DNA of 58,991 nucleotides, filler included, from Circinaria calcarea (taxonomy: Eukaryota): the NCBI GenBank assembly GCA_051942165.1. It is 10 parts of 10 records of this genome, joined end to end, with 100 filler letters (N's around TTAATTAATTAA, not from the genome) between each part and the next. Parts side by side here need not be neighbours in the genome. Positions count along the whole stretch, not along the records: positions 11,853 to 17,667 come from JAVECS010001773.1; positions 17,768 to 23,572 come from JAVECS010001774.1; 8 more parts are not named here. The stretch is one strand, 5' to 3'. This document shows positions 11,853 to 23,672 of the stretch, in pieces. The translations under genes and the position numbers were made by a program. Below the pieces are notes generated by a model, which saw nothing but the letters and a program-made list of their open reading frames with translations, did not search any database and was not told the origin of the DNA. Each line of letters starts with the position of its first letter. Positions within the stretch are counted from its first letter, which is position 1.

Positions 11853-12237
11853 CACCGTTGCCTCTTCCACCAGCCTTGTCTCTTCGGAATCGCGAGAGAA
11901 CCAGAACGCCTCCCGTAAACGAATCAAAACCGCTCCATCGGACTCTACCACTGTTGCTCCACTTTCGCTCGTTCATGAGACGTCCACGGAGGCAAATGAC
12001 GGTGATGCTGAAGATGATGAGGCCGAGTACCGAGTCGATGTTTCTGACCGGCCTCATGGGCGGCGTTCTGCTTTCGCGGACTCCACGCACTACTCTACCC
12101 TGAGCATCGATACCAGGTTGGCCCAGGGATCACGGCCAAACCTTGAGAGAACGATAACTGACGACAGTCAAGATGGAGAGGGAGAATCCCCTGGCCTGGA
12201 TGCCTTGGCGATGGCCGCCAGCGGATTGAGTTCGTAA
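11853..12237 (+). CDS. 3' end of an unidentified gene (low-complexity C-terminus, probable nuclear regulator)
   Basis: Frame from 11854 is open for 127 codons to TAA 12235-12237: ...ASRKRIKTAP...DGDAEDDEAEY...ESPGLDALAMAASGLSS*. It has an NLS-like RKRIK and a terminal LDALAMAA helix. Absent from the ORF track because it has no start codon. Confidence 0.6.
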
Positions 12238-13665
12238 TGGATGATGTGACGTGGAACTCTTTTCAAGCTCAGAGCAGATTGCGGACGATCTGAGCCTACT
12301 GTTTACTCATGATTTCCTAACTTTGGGTATGGGATGGGAAAGAAAACAACTGATACCCTGGCTTTGCATACACGTTGGTACCTTGTACTTTGGTTAGGCT
12401 TATTGGGAGATTGTGCATACTTGGAGGTTATTCCAAAGCTCTGGAAGGGTGCCGCCTTTTCGAAGGTACCTGTGTTGCAGCTTCCATAGTTTGGGCGGTT
12501 TGCCGGTGCAAAGCATTGGTCACTCCTTAGGTTTGATCAACTGCTGACACTGCATTGAGGTAGAATAATTTTTCGGCATCGAAGTAGCTGTCATAGATGC
12601 TAATATGTGAAATCTGTTCTGAAGTTGATCCATCAACCTTTATGCATCCACATTTGTAGCCACTTAATGTCGACGACATTCTTTACCGTGTTGCAAAGTT
12701 AACGGATTCGTATCGATATAAATACCCAGCCAAGTGGGGATCCTAGTGGACTAGAGACTCTACGTTCAATGTACGAGATCCCATCAATCTCTATGATTAC
12801 ACCTTTGATCACGATTAATTGTCATATCATCATATGCCATCTTTCGCCATCTTTAATCAACCCTTTTGAAGGTTTCGGTATTTACTTTCCACCACGTCAA
12901 CAATTGTCATTTAAGAATCTCTCTTCGCTGAACATGTATTTAGAATGCTGTTTGGCTCGATACCATAGTGTCATGAGACGGCAGCCAGTCGCAGAAACGG
13001 TGGCATCTCAAATAATTGCCGGCCTAACTTGTACCTAGAGTTTGTGATAGTCTTTTCACTTTAGAGTGCTGTGGAGCGACTTCCTAACCCACCGAGGAAG
13101 GTGCATCATTTTGGTAGTATTAGATGAGGGGTTCCAGCCTAGAAAATAAAAATCATTCCACTCACTGAGTAGCTGTAGTCCTACAGAAGCCTTTTCAGTG
13201 CTATAAAGTGCAATCAAGCCTAGCTCTTTAATTGTGGGTTGCATTTTCACGGTTCGAACTTGCTTCAACCCCCGAGTACGAGCAACGTTGCTTCTCTCAA
13301 TGTCATTGCGGTGGCATACAGTGATGGCTACTAGATCTGATGAGGATAGCCGCAAGCGTGGCAAGCTTCAATCCTCCATCGATTAAGAGTTGTAGCATTG
13401 CGCTTTATTGTACTCTAAGTTTTAACACGCTATGCTGTCAACGTATTATATCGGGATGCTACTATGTTTGAATGTGCACTGCTTCATTACAAGATCAGCC
13501 TGGCCCGCCACTTCCCTGCGCCTTATGTGACCGTTTCCCGGATCCCGGCTGGCCGCTCGAAAATATCTTGCTGATGCTTCACACCCTACAACTATTGATG
13601 AGATTTCATCCGGTCTCGTTTCTTCTGGCTAATTCTAACTCCAACCTATCCTCTAGCTTTCTATC

Positions 13666-16600
13666 ATGAGCATGGATCGCGGAGGATCCGATTCAAGGGG
13701 CAGTAGAAACCTGAACGGGTCTCCCATGGAGAGAAAGGCTGAGGAAGTTGTATTAGACCAAACACCGTCAGATGCTTCAAACAACATCAACCAGGATATA
13801 TGTTTTTCTGAGAATAAGGATAGGGTGGTCGAGCTTGTTAAAGAATCACCAGATGCATCGGAGAGCCTGAGGCAGGACCCGTCTCTGCCGCTTTGCAATG
13901 GGAAGAGCCGAGCGGTCGACTCCGACCAGGAAACATTAAATACCACAACGCCGGAAGAGTCTCTCTCTAGGGACAAGGGCAAAGGCAAGAGTGCCAAGTA
14001 CAGGATCAGATTTGATATCTACAACATTCCAGACCAGTCCGCTGCCGAGGGTATTATTGCTGATCTTGAAGATCAACCCGAACATACAGGCGTCATGTGT
14101 GACGGGCCGCTGTGTAAAGAGAGCCAAACTCACATCAAAGGGCACCGGTACAAATGCACTGTCTGTGACAATGTTGATTTCTGCTCGGAATGCATTGCAA
14201 GTTGTAACAATTACCACGACGCAAGACATGCCATGGTCAAATGCCTACTTCCAACAACCTTTCAAATCCTTCGAAAAATCGATGAGAGCTCCAAAAGGGC
14301 GGTCTTATCAGGCCTTGGAGACGCGACACTGAAGCTTGACGATATAATGCATGTGGTACATGCAGAAACCAAAAGACCTGCACCAATCCCATCAACTACA
14401 GAGTCGCTTGATGAAGTTTCTGAAGCCGCTGATTTTGTCATTCTTCGGTCGAGGCTGGATGGACCCAAACCTCGAACCTCTCGCTTTATCGAGACAAACT
14501 CTATCCCAGATGATGACCGCTTTGTCACAAGTTATAGAGTCGACGAAGCCCTCAACGTCAGCATAACACATCGCCCATTTGATAGTCCTCCAGCTGCGGT
14601 GCGGGACGAAGGCGTCATGCATCATCAAGACGCTGATTTGCTGATGAAGGTCATGACCGGTCAAATATCGCAATTTAGATACCCTTCCGATGGCAAGTTC
14701 TTTCGAGATGCTCGGGCTGGGCGGCCGGCAACACGCTTGATCGACTTGAAACCTGGCAGATTCGATGATAAGCTTGAATGTAATATGAGAGAGGTTAATC
14801 TAGCTGAGGGACCAGTTTACGAAGCTTTGTCTTACACTTGGAAAGAAACTGCCTATGAACGTGCCCACCATGCCACATGGACAAAAGAGGTCGACGAGAC
14901 ATTCAAGAGTATGTCAAAGTACAGTCATGCCATTTACTGCGGTGACTCGTTCATCCAGGTCACTGTTGGCCTCCGCGATGCTCTGCGCAAATTACGGGAT
15001 CCAGTCGAGACCAAGACCTACTGGATTGACCAGCTTTCTATCGACCAGGGAAATCTCAGCGAACGCGCTTTTCAAGTACAAGTTATGGGGCACATCTACA
15101 ACAGAGCCAAGAGAGTGATAGTATGGACTGGAGATGAGGATGGAGATACAAAGCCGGCCTTTGATATAATTCGAAAACTTGCCACGGCCTGGAGCATCTC
15201 CCGAAAACTCACACTAACGCCAGAAGAACTCGTTGCAGACCTGGTCTTAGACTTGCCTTCTTTCGAATCGTCGGAATGGAGATCGCTCCTTAACTTCCTT
15301 TTACGACCAGTCTTTGGACGCATCTGGGTAATTCAGGAGATAGTGCTAGCTCAAGACGTAGTCGTCCGCTGTGGAGATGAACACATTACATGGTCAGAAC
15401 TTTCATCGGCTGCTTCGCTTTTGGCTGAAACCCCGTGGCTTGAAACTTTGCAGTCTCATTATGCCCACCAGAGTAAGTTCACCCATTGCGTTGTTATTAG
15501 CCTGGGGAAATCTTCCTTACGATAATATAGAACAGCGGAACAGTCAGTTACGACTTGGCCACATTGTCACGATCAAAGGATTTCGGGAAGATTTTCATGG
15601 TTTGACAGAGTTATCCATTGTGAGATTGCTTTACAGTAGTGGAATGTTCGAAGCGTCTGATCCGCGTGACAAGATATATTCGATTCTAGGCATAAGGGGC
15701 GCCAGGTTTGGCCTCAGAACCAGTAACGATTTTCAAGTGGATTATAAGAAGTCAACCCAAGAGGTGTTTACCGAGACGACCAAAGCTATAATAATGGGAG
15801 ATAGTTCCTTCGATATATGCGGTATAAATGGCAGTTTTTCGAGCAAGACTATTACAGGATTACCATCTTGGGTTCCTGACTACACTTCAAGCTCCACGAG
15901 TGTGGCAACATCATTCAGTCGTCCAGACCCTCCAAGTCCCTATAGCGCTTCAATTGACTCGGAATCCTTCGCAATTTGGCCTTATGAGAATCAAAGAAAT
16001 ATCCTTGTGGCGTCTTCACAAAAAGCTGATACGATTGTGACAATTGCTCAAAAGACAATATCAAACAGTGATCTATTGGCCACTCTCATCAGCGAGTGGA
16101 CTAGCCTAATATCACGTGGTCCAGATTACGTAACAGGTGAGTTCACTCCAGACGTCTTCTGGAGAACATGCGTTGCAGACACTACACTACGTTGGCGTCG
16201 AAGTCCTGCGCCGTTGTCTTACCACCAAAGCCTAGCTGCGTTCTTTTTAGAGCATGTCTCAAGATATGAAGAGTTTTCCAATGACCCACAGGGCTCCCAG
16301 TGGAACCCCGTCTTGGCAACCCTGGTGAACGATGCCTTGCACACCACCTCACAAAACGGGGTGAATGACGATATCCCCATAGGCGACCCAGACCCAGAAG
16401 CAATTTTGGCATTTCTCGGGATATGTAACAACCGACGTTTTTTTGTGACTGCAAAAAACTATTTTGGCATTGGACCTATCGATGCTGAAGTCGGTGATGA
16501 GGTACACATTCTTTCCGGAGCCCGAGTTCCGTTCGTTTTTCGCAAAATCAATCCAGACGATATTTCTTTGCCTGACGAGCACGATCCCGAGATCCAATCT

Positions 16601-16696
16601 TACAACATGATAGGGGAGACGTATGTGCACGGACTTATGAAAGGCGAAGCCTTGAAATCCAATGGCTTCGAGTGGAGTGGAATATGTATTCACTAA
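13666..16696 (+). CDS. ZZ-type zinc finger + HET domain protein (HET-6-like), ~990 aa; intron 15473-15530
   Basis: ZZ: CDGPLC..YKCTVCDNVDFCSEC..H..H. HET blocks: YEALSYTW, YWIDQLSIDQ..ERAFQVQVMGHIYNRAKRVIVW, RPVFGRIWVIQE. HET-6-like tail: ASDPRDKIYSILG, LPSWVPD, RRFFVT..YFGIGP..GDEV.IL.G..VPF, IGETYVHGLMKGE. A 58-nt GTAAGT...TAG intron joins the two ORFs in frame. Confidence 0.9.
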
Positions 16697-17667
16697 CCAT
16701 TATAACATCTCATGGAGAAAATCTAACAGGAGTGCAACGTGTAATACTAACAATCAAAGGCCCCTTGCCTCCCTTGGGCGTTTTCATACCTGTTCAACGG
16801 CGAAATCTAGCGCTAATCCTAAACTATTTTATTTATTTGGCGGTATCAAATCCTACTACTTATTCTACCACGCATGATTAAATTTTTCTTATCCCAGGGC
16901 TTTTCAGACGAGAATTGTGGCAGATAAAGCAATTATGGCTCTCTTCTAGTCGCTAATATTTCTTTTCAGGTGGAAGAAGGAATTCCCAGTCCAGGCTACA
17001 AAGCTTTTAGGACAAAGAGGGAATAGGACGAGCAGAAAGAGACGAACAATAAAGAAAAACCGAACTAATGACGTAGCAGAACGGACTGTGATGGAATTTA
17101 AAACGAGTAGAACGAGAGTCGAGAATATCATAACATGAATGTCGTCTCTGGCACAGCTTCAGAGCCGCGTCATGTCGTAGTGAATATGCCAGGCTCAATA
17201 TTAAATGGGAAATCCCTTAGTTTACATACTTTTACACACTCCTATATGCTAGGACTAGACGCTTTTGTCCGGGATAGAGCCTCCCGTTCACTACATTTCT
17301 TCCGCCACATGATCGGGATCTGAGAATGCCTGACAGTAAGTACTAGCATCTTTAAGGCTCTGAATCATGAGAAGACAAGGTTGATAAAAGTGGTTTACTT
17401 TTTTTTCCCAAGGTTAGACCGTTGGGAAAGGAACCGCGTTTTTTTTTATCGGATAGATTAACGTCTCTTACCACCTGTTGTTCTTTGGGAGCTTAGGGGG
17501 TTGTAAGCCCGGCACTTCCCTCTAGGCAACAAGAAGCCCGGGCCGTTTCTGACATGAATTGATTCCGACGGGACGGGGGGTTCCATGGAAAGGCGGTAAG
17601 AAAATAGGGGAATAGGGAATCAAAGCGAATCGCTATACCAAACTCCACACCCCTATCCCCCTCCCCC

Positions 17668-17767
17668 NNNNNNNNNNNNNNNNNNNNNNNNNNNNNNNNN
17701 NNNNNNNNNNNTTAATTAATTAANNNNNNNNNNNNNNNNNNNNNNNNNNNNNNNNNNNNNNNNNNNN
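17668..17767. other. Artificial contig linker
   Basis: 44N-TTAATTAATTAA-44N. Confidence 0.99.
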
Positions 17768-17844
17768 ATTTTATACGTTGAAAAAAATATATATATATAT
17801 TATATATAAATAACGCCGATTTGCGAAAAAAATACAACTTTGCG

Positions 17845-17927
17845 CTCAGACGTGTGCAGCCGAGACCTATTAATAAGCTTCGGATTGGCTCGCTAACCCG
17901 CTAGGGGCTTAGCGCCACACGTCTGAG
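17845..17927. repeat. Compact multi-stem inverted-repeat element beside a (TA)n tract; possible transposon terminus
   Basis: Perfect 12-bp IR CTCAGACGTGTG (17845-17856) / CACACGTCTGAG (17916-17927) enclosing an inner GCTAA-CCC..GGG-C-TTAGC hairpin. TA-rich tract at ~17785-17812. Confidence 0.5.
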
Positions 17928-18230
17928 AACTGAGGCAAAACTCGAGTGGGTAAAACGAGTAAACTTATTCAATTTAGGAGAAACCAATAATATACGGAGT
18001 ATTTAAATAATCGCTTAATATATCTGGCGACCAGGCATATTAATATTCTATCGGCAATGCCTCGCCCTTTTTTTCCATTTAATATTGGACCCTTCTTAAA
18101 CACTCCTGAAAAAGTACTAGTAGCTTATAGGGTATCGTAACTCCGATTTTATAACGATTACTCTCGAATATAACAATCCACTTCCTAGGTCCTCGTCCCT
18201 AGGTAATAATTTACTATTTAGATAATACAA

Positions 18231-18959
18231 CGAGTCGTCTCCGGATAATATATATTAATTAAAGTTTCATACTGTCTCGGTGCATGAGTGGAGTGGGTGT
18301 TAAATTACTAAGCTGACACATTTGTAGGTACGCTGGCTGGAGGTTCTTACACCCGGAAGCTTTTGTGCCCGGAGGGCTTTTACGCCCGAAGAAAAATAAG
18401 GGGTCCACTATTACTCTGTAAGCTACAAAGTAAACCTATAGAGTAACTTAATAATAAACCCCTTAAATATTAATTTCGTGCGCTTTCACGCTTACTTATA
18501 ATAATACGGGCGCCCTCGTGAAAACCGGCTTTGCCGAAAGTGCGAAAAGAGGCGAATATTATGATTATAGAGTTTCGAGAAAATGGCGGGGAAATTACGC
18601 TAATTAAGCGTGCCTTTTTTTCCATATCTCAGCGATCCCCCGAGTATTCTCCTTTCAGGAATACATATAAGGTAATGCATCGCACATATCACACATATCG
18701 CACTTTTCTACGTACGCATACAGAAGTTCTGTAGTATTTTATTAATAATATTCCATCGCACTTTTCGCACACATACAGTGCACTCATTAAAAATATAGCG
18801 CCCTACCTGTAATACACCTCTTTTCTCCGGGCGCAAGAACCTCCGGCCAGCGTGCCTATAAGCGTGCCAGCCTAATAATTTAGTACCCGCTCCACCCATG
18901 CGCAGAAGGTCGGGACAGTACGAAACTTTAGTCAATGCGTACTATCCGGAGACGACTCG
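18231..18959. mobile_element. Non-autonomous Mutator-like (MULE) DNA transposon / MITE, 729 bp, RIP-mutated
   Basis: TIRs of ~130 bp (18231-~18357 vs ~18826-18959), both starting CGAGTCGTCTCCGGATA. They differ by roughly two dozen substitutions, all transitions by eye, plus one ~7-nt indel. Flanking 9-bp direct repeat ATAATACAA (18222-18230) / ATAGTACAA (18960-18968). No transposase ORF. Confidence 0.85.
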
Positions 18960-19008
18960 ATAGTACAAGCGTGGCCGATACTTTCTTTTCCATGCTGCGA
19001 TCAACAAG

Positions 19009-22000
19009 ATGGAAGAATCGTCGAACAGCTCGTTTAGTAATCATATTCTGAGCTATGGAAATCAATTTAGCTCTAGCCTCGTCGTGAACGATGACTCTAT
19101 CAGAGGTCCTAAGGATAAGTCGACCCTCAATATTGGAATATATGGCTCGCAGGCCTTTCTTGACATCCCAAGAAACAATGAAAGAGATCTTTTGGACTTC
19201 ATCTTCTTCCTGGAAACCCACAATGTCAGAGTCGTTCATCCGAGCGACGTCCAACAAGATGATAATCAAATCGTGGGTTTGCAAGGCAGCTCCATGGAGG
19301 TCTTCCCCGGGACTTGGAGAAGCCAGAGAGTTGCGATTAAGCGTATACGTAAATCCAAACTGCCAGATGTTGAGTGGAAATTATCGAACCCTCCAGAATA
19401 CAAACGTCTGCTACAAATGCACCAACAGCGGCAAAGGGATATGCTGTTTGAGATAAAGGTCATGGCTCGTGGATTTTTCTCCAGTCATCCAAATATTGTA
19501 AAGTTATTTGCTGTCTTCTTTGAAGATAACGAACTCTTGCCTAGCGAGTCCAACATCTTCTCTCCTGGGATGATTGTTGAGCTTGCTGATCCGGAATATC
19601 CAGACTTAGATATCTACTTCCAATCCGAACATCGAGCGAGACCGATGCCATTTACTACAGTAGCCAATATCATAGCTGACATAGCCGATGGTCTAACAGC
19701 TTTACACTCTCATGGTGTTATTCATGCTGATTTGAAGCCTTCCAATATTCTGCTCTTCTTTGAATCAATGTCTCGAGAAAGGCCTATCGCAAAGATTGCT
19801 GACTTCGGATTTTGTGGCATATTCACCAGTGCTGAAGGTGCAAGGGGGGGCACATCTTACTGGAACGCACCCGAGATTGTTTTCGAGGAGTTCTGGTGTT
19901 CTAATACTCCAAATGCTATAAAGCCTTCGGCCTTTTACAGGGATATTTTTTCTTTTGGGCTTGTCGCGATTACCACTGCTTTGAACGGTAATTTACCGTT
20001 CGATTCTCAAATCGCCGCGAAGCTTAAGAGCGAAGACTCTGTTGTTGAGAACGTAGTCGCGAGACTTGGATATGATGCAATCGCTTTGGAATATACACCA
20101 GCTCAGATATGCCTGCTCAAACGCTTGGCTGAAGATACATTACGACTACACCCCGACAGTCGTGCGAGTAGTCTAGCTCATGTTCGGTCAAGTCTCCTTG
20201 GAAAGTAAGATTGAACCATTCGAACTACTTATTCCTCAATGACAACGTTTCCAGCAACGGCCAAGCGGCCCACGCTGTATACGAATCTGAAGTAGTTCCT
20301 TTCTCGGCTTTAGATTCTCTAGCAGAGGTGACCAACCCCTCTAGGTCGCATTCCATTGCTAACCATTGTTAGGATGACGAAGAGAGGTTTTTACGTGGTT
20401 TTCAATATCCAAAGGAACTAACTCAATATTCCCAATTACCGATTGCAATAGTCAGGCAATTAGACAACGCTGTCAAATCGATTGACTTAGAAATGACACC
20501 TATACCAGTGTTGGCTCAGTGCTTCCAATGGGCTTGTGCGAGAACAAGTCACTTAGGTTACCTTGATGGAAGCAACGATTACTCTCTGTTCGAAGCAACT
20601 GCAGAGAAAATGCAGAAGCGCGCTCGTACTGACAAATCTTACTCGGCACATTTAACTACTAACATGACCTCCGCGGCGGCTGATCACAGTCTAGAAACCG
20701 ATCTGCAAAGACTTTTGGATGCAGGTGGACTAGTTCCATCAATACTAGACTCAATTCGGCTGGGACATGAAAGGGATTTTAAGAAGCACTGCAAAGTACA
20801 TCATGTTGTATTGAGTGCAACGATAGACCCTGGGTGGGGACCTCTCCATTTTGGTGCTTATTACAATAGATCAGCCTTTCTAGAGCCGTTAGTACGCTGC
20901 GGAGCCGATACGGACAGGAGAGGAGGCATTAGTTCTAATGTAACGCCACTCGCAGTCGCTGCCCTGAACGGAAATGCGGAATGTGTTAGAGAACTTATTC
21001 GGCTCGGAGCAAAAGTTAACCCTCCATTCACGGGGATGTGGCGAATGCCACTGAGGGAGACTCTGATAGCCTCAGATGATACGCAGAGATATGTAGATGC
21101 AGTTGCTATTCTCCTGGACGCTGGAGCCTCCACAGACCATGATGGCTGTAGCACTGCTCCCATCCACATGTCAGCTCATCTTCCGAATACCCTTGGTGTC
21201 TTTCTCAAGCATGATCCGGGTTTGGTGCATTATCGAGATGCAACAAAACACACTCCATTACATTATGCTACTATTAAACGTTGTTTCGAAAGCGTGCAGA
21301 TTCTACTGCGTCACGGTGCCGATGTCAATGCTACAGATGAGTGCGGTTTCACGCCTCTACACTGGGCGTGCGAAATGTCTGGAAAAAATCAAACAAAATA
21401 CCACGGCCCTGGGTCCTGCCCGCCCTTACCTGTTGGTGGAGAAGAGGATGGCCAAAACATTATCAGAACCTTACGTGATGCCGGAGCAGACATAGATGCA
21501 ACGTTATTTGGCGGGATGTACGGTCCAGGGACGACCCCGGACTCATTACTCTATGACATCCAGACAGATGTTACTGAAGAAACAATTAACTTCTCTCGAT
21601 TTACTTTAGATGAGGCTGCAGTCCGCACTAGATTATATAGTACAGAAGAAAGGTTCGGATTCAGTTTCCTACCTACCCTTAAGATCTGTGATTTGATGGA
21701 ATGAGGATTGCACGCGAATAGTACTAACTAGCGTCTCTAGACAGTCCCCTGAGAGTACTACTATCCTCATGCCATGCAGAGGCATATCCCACTCCAGGTA
21801 TTTCCAATGTCGATATGTTATTGAAAATGTCTATCCCAACCATTATGACTTCATAGTCTGCATAGGGAGAATAGACGATTCTAAATACGCACTTCCATCT
21901 CATATTGGATTTGAAATATCTTCGGCAGATGGCCCTACTACAGTCTACGTTATGGGTGGAATTCTAGAAAGGTTTACCGATTTTTGTCCGAAGGATAAGT

Positions 22001-22212
22001 GTATGAATATTGTCAAGTACCAAGATTTCGATGTATACACTAGACGAAACCTTGAAATTACAGCTACGATTCTTGCAGATACAAGCGGAGGGGACTTTCC
22101 TATTGTTGGAGGACTGGTGAGTTTAACCTATCTATCACAGGCCCCCAGCCACCCAAGCCCACCCCAACCCCCATCCGAAAAATTTCTATTTGAGTCCCTA
22201 TGGCGTGACTAA
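19009..22212 (+). CDS. Ser/Thr protein kinase - ankyrin repeat protein with unrecognised C-terminal domain (~1006 aa; introns 20205-20254, 20328-20372, 21653-21740)
   Basis: Kinase: GLQGSSMEV, VAIK, HPNIVKL, HADLKPSN, DFG, WNAPE, DIFSFG. Three GT-AG introns, two with clear CTAAC branch points, restore one frame through ORFs 19009-20208, 20493-21704 and 21769-22212. Ankyrins: GWGPLHFGA, TPLAVAALNG, HTPLHYAT, GFTPLHWAC. Confidence 0.85.
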
Positions 22213-22858
22213 CCTCCATTTCAAAGCTCGTTAAGTGGATCCGGATCCAGAGAGAGAATCCAGCGATATTAAGAGGGATTGCACAAATTGAGTCCATTCC
22301 TCTGCAAGATTGCGCTGTGCTCGCTGCTAAAAAAATCATGGAAACTCCAATTAAAGTCGGACAATAGCGTAAAGCCGACTTAGCGCGGTTCGATGACTTT
22401 TTCTATAGGAGAACATGATAACTTGGGTTACTTCCCTTATGTTGTTGGGGAAATAGGCTTTTTAGTTAGATGGAACGTTAATTTCGACTCTATAGGTCTT
22501 TTCGAAGTCATACAGCATAGATCGGCGATACAATTTACCATTGGATTACGTGTTGAAATGTATGAAACGGCTGTGGATTTGCTATGTGGGAGGCTCGCTA
22601 CTTATACATGAATGACACTAACGCTAGGCCTAATACGGTCCATAGGGCGACTTCCAACATTACGGACTTAAGTGAATGTAAGTCCTATTGTTCGATCGAA
22701 TTTTGGTAGCTAACTCTCCTTTGTTATTCCATCTCCAACACCGTGAGCTAGTTTTAAGCGCGAACTTTCAGCGCGCGTTTGCCGTTTGTTTGCATGTATA
22801 TATTGTGGCTGGTACAGGGCACATGGTACCTAAGGAGAGTCGATATCCTAAGAGCCAT

Positions 22859-23572
22859 TGTTCGATCCGCGACACGTCTCGGTGAGCCCCGTGCGCGGGA
22901 CCCAGCAACCAAAGCCTGCTGTCATTAAGCGTACTCCCCGACTACTAAGTATCAACATGAGCCTCTCTATAGCCTCAAATTTAGACCATTGTCTAGTCAT
23001 AGGGTGTCAAACCTTTTGGGTTAGATCCTCGGGCGGACGTTATTCCGCCCGTGCCCACACACATAGATAGATTCTCTCGCTGCATTGCATGCAGCATAGC
23101 AGTTACACATAGCAGAGCATACACGTAGTAGCTCCACACACTCTCTCACTCGTTGATCGATGTATTATAATAACGCCGTAGCTTTACATAGGGCGAATTC
23201 CAACACCCCCCTGCGAAAGCTACAAGGAAATATTCTCTATGTACTCGGCCTTTATTAGAGGGCATAGGGCCTACCTAGTCACGTATTACCTACGGGTAAC
23301 ACATAATCCATGCTCGAATGGCCGCCATGCGCCTTTTATAGGATATAATAAATCTCCCAATAATGCCAGCCAACGCTCGGGAAGAAATATATCGGGCTGC
23401 GGCCAATAGGCAGAATCACGCTAAACGGTTTAAAAAATTAAATAGAGCAAGCAGCCCTCTATAAAATATTAACGGTTATTAGAATCGATTATATAAAAAT
23501 CTAACACGCTAGATCGTATAATCGATGCAGTAGGAAATAACCTTATACTTTCTTTAATTATTATTATTATAT
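22859..23572. mobile_element. Probable LTR (22859-23205) with adjacent decayed internal retrotransposon sequence
   Basis: TGTTCG...CCAACA ends, ~347 bp. Immediately followed by CCCCCCT, which reads AGGGGGG-TGTTGG (PPT + LTR start) on the minus strand, then AT/TpA-rich sequence to the contig end. Only one LTR is visible and no TSD can be tested. Confidence 0.45.
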
Positions 23573-23672
23573 NNNNNNNNNNNNNNNNNNNNNNNNNNNN
23601 NNNNNNNNNNNNNNNNTTAATTAATTAANNNNNNNNNNNNNNNNNNNNNNNNNNNNNNNNNNNNNNNNNNNN
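23573..23672. other. Artificial contig linker
   Basis: 44N-TTAATTAATTAA-44N. Confidence 0.99.

Noticed and set aside
15473..15500. Frameshift/pseudogene reading of the HET gene, or a 28-nt intron ending at 15500
   Set aside because: A 58-nt intron (15473-15530) restores the frame at a normal fungal length; 28 nt is implausibly short.
19039..19075. HILSYGNQFSS at the kinase N-terminus as an amyloid/RHIM-like signalling motif
   Set aside because: Single weak match without the G-x-Q-x-G pattern or pseudo-repeat, and no matching motif in a neighbouring effector.
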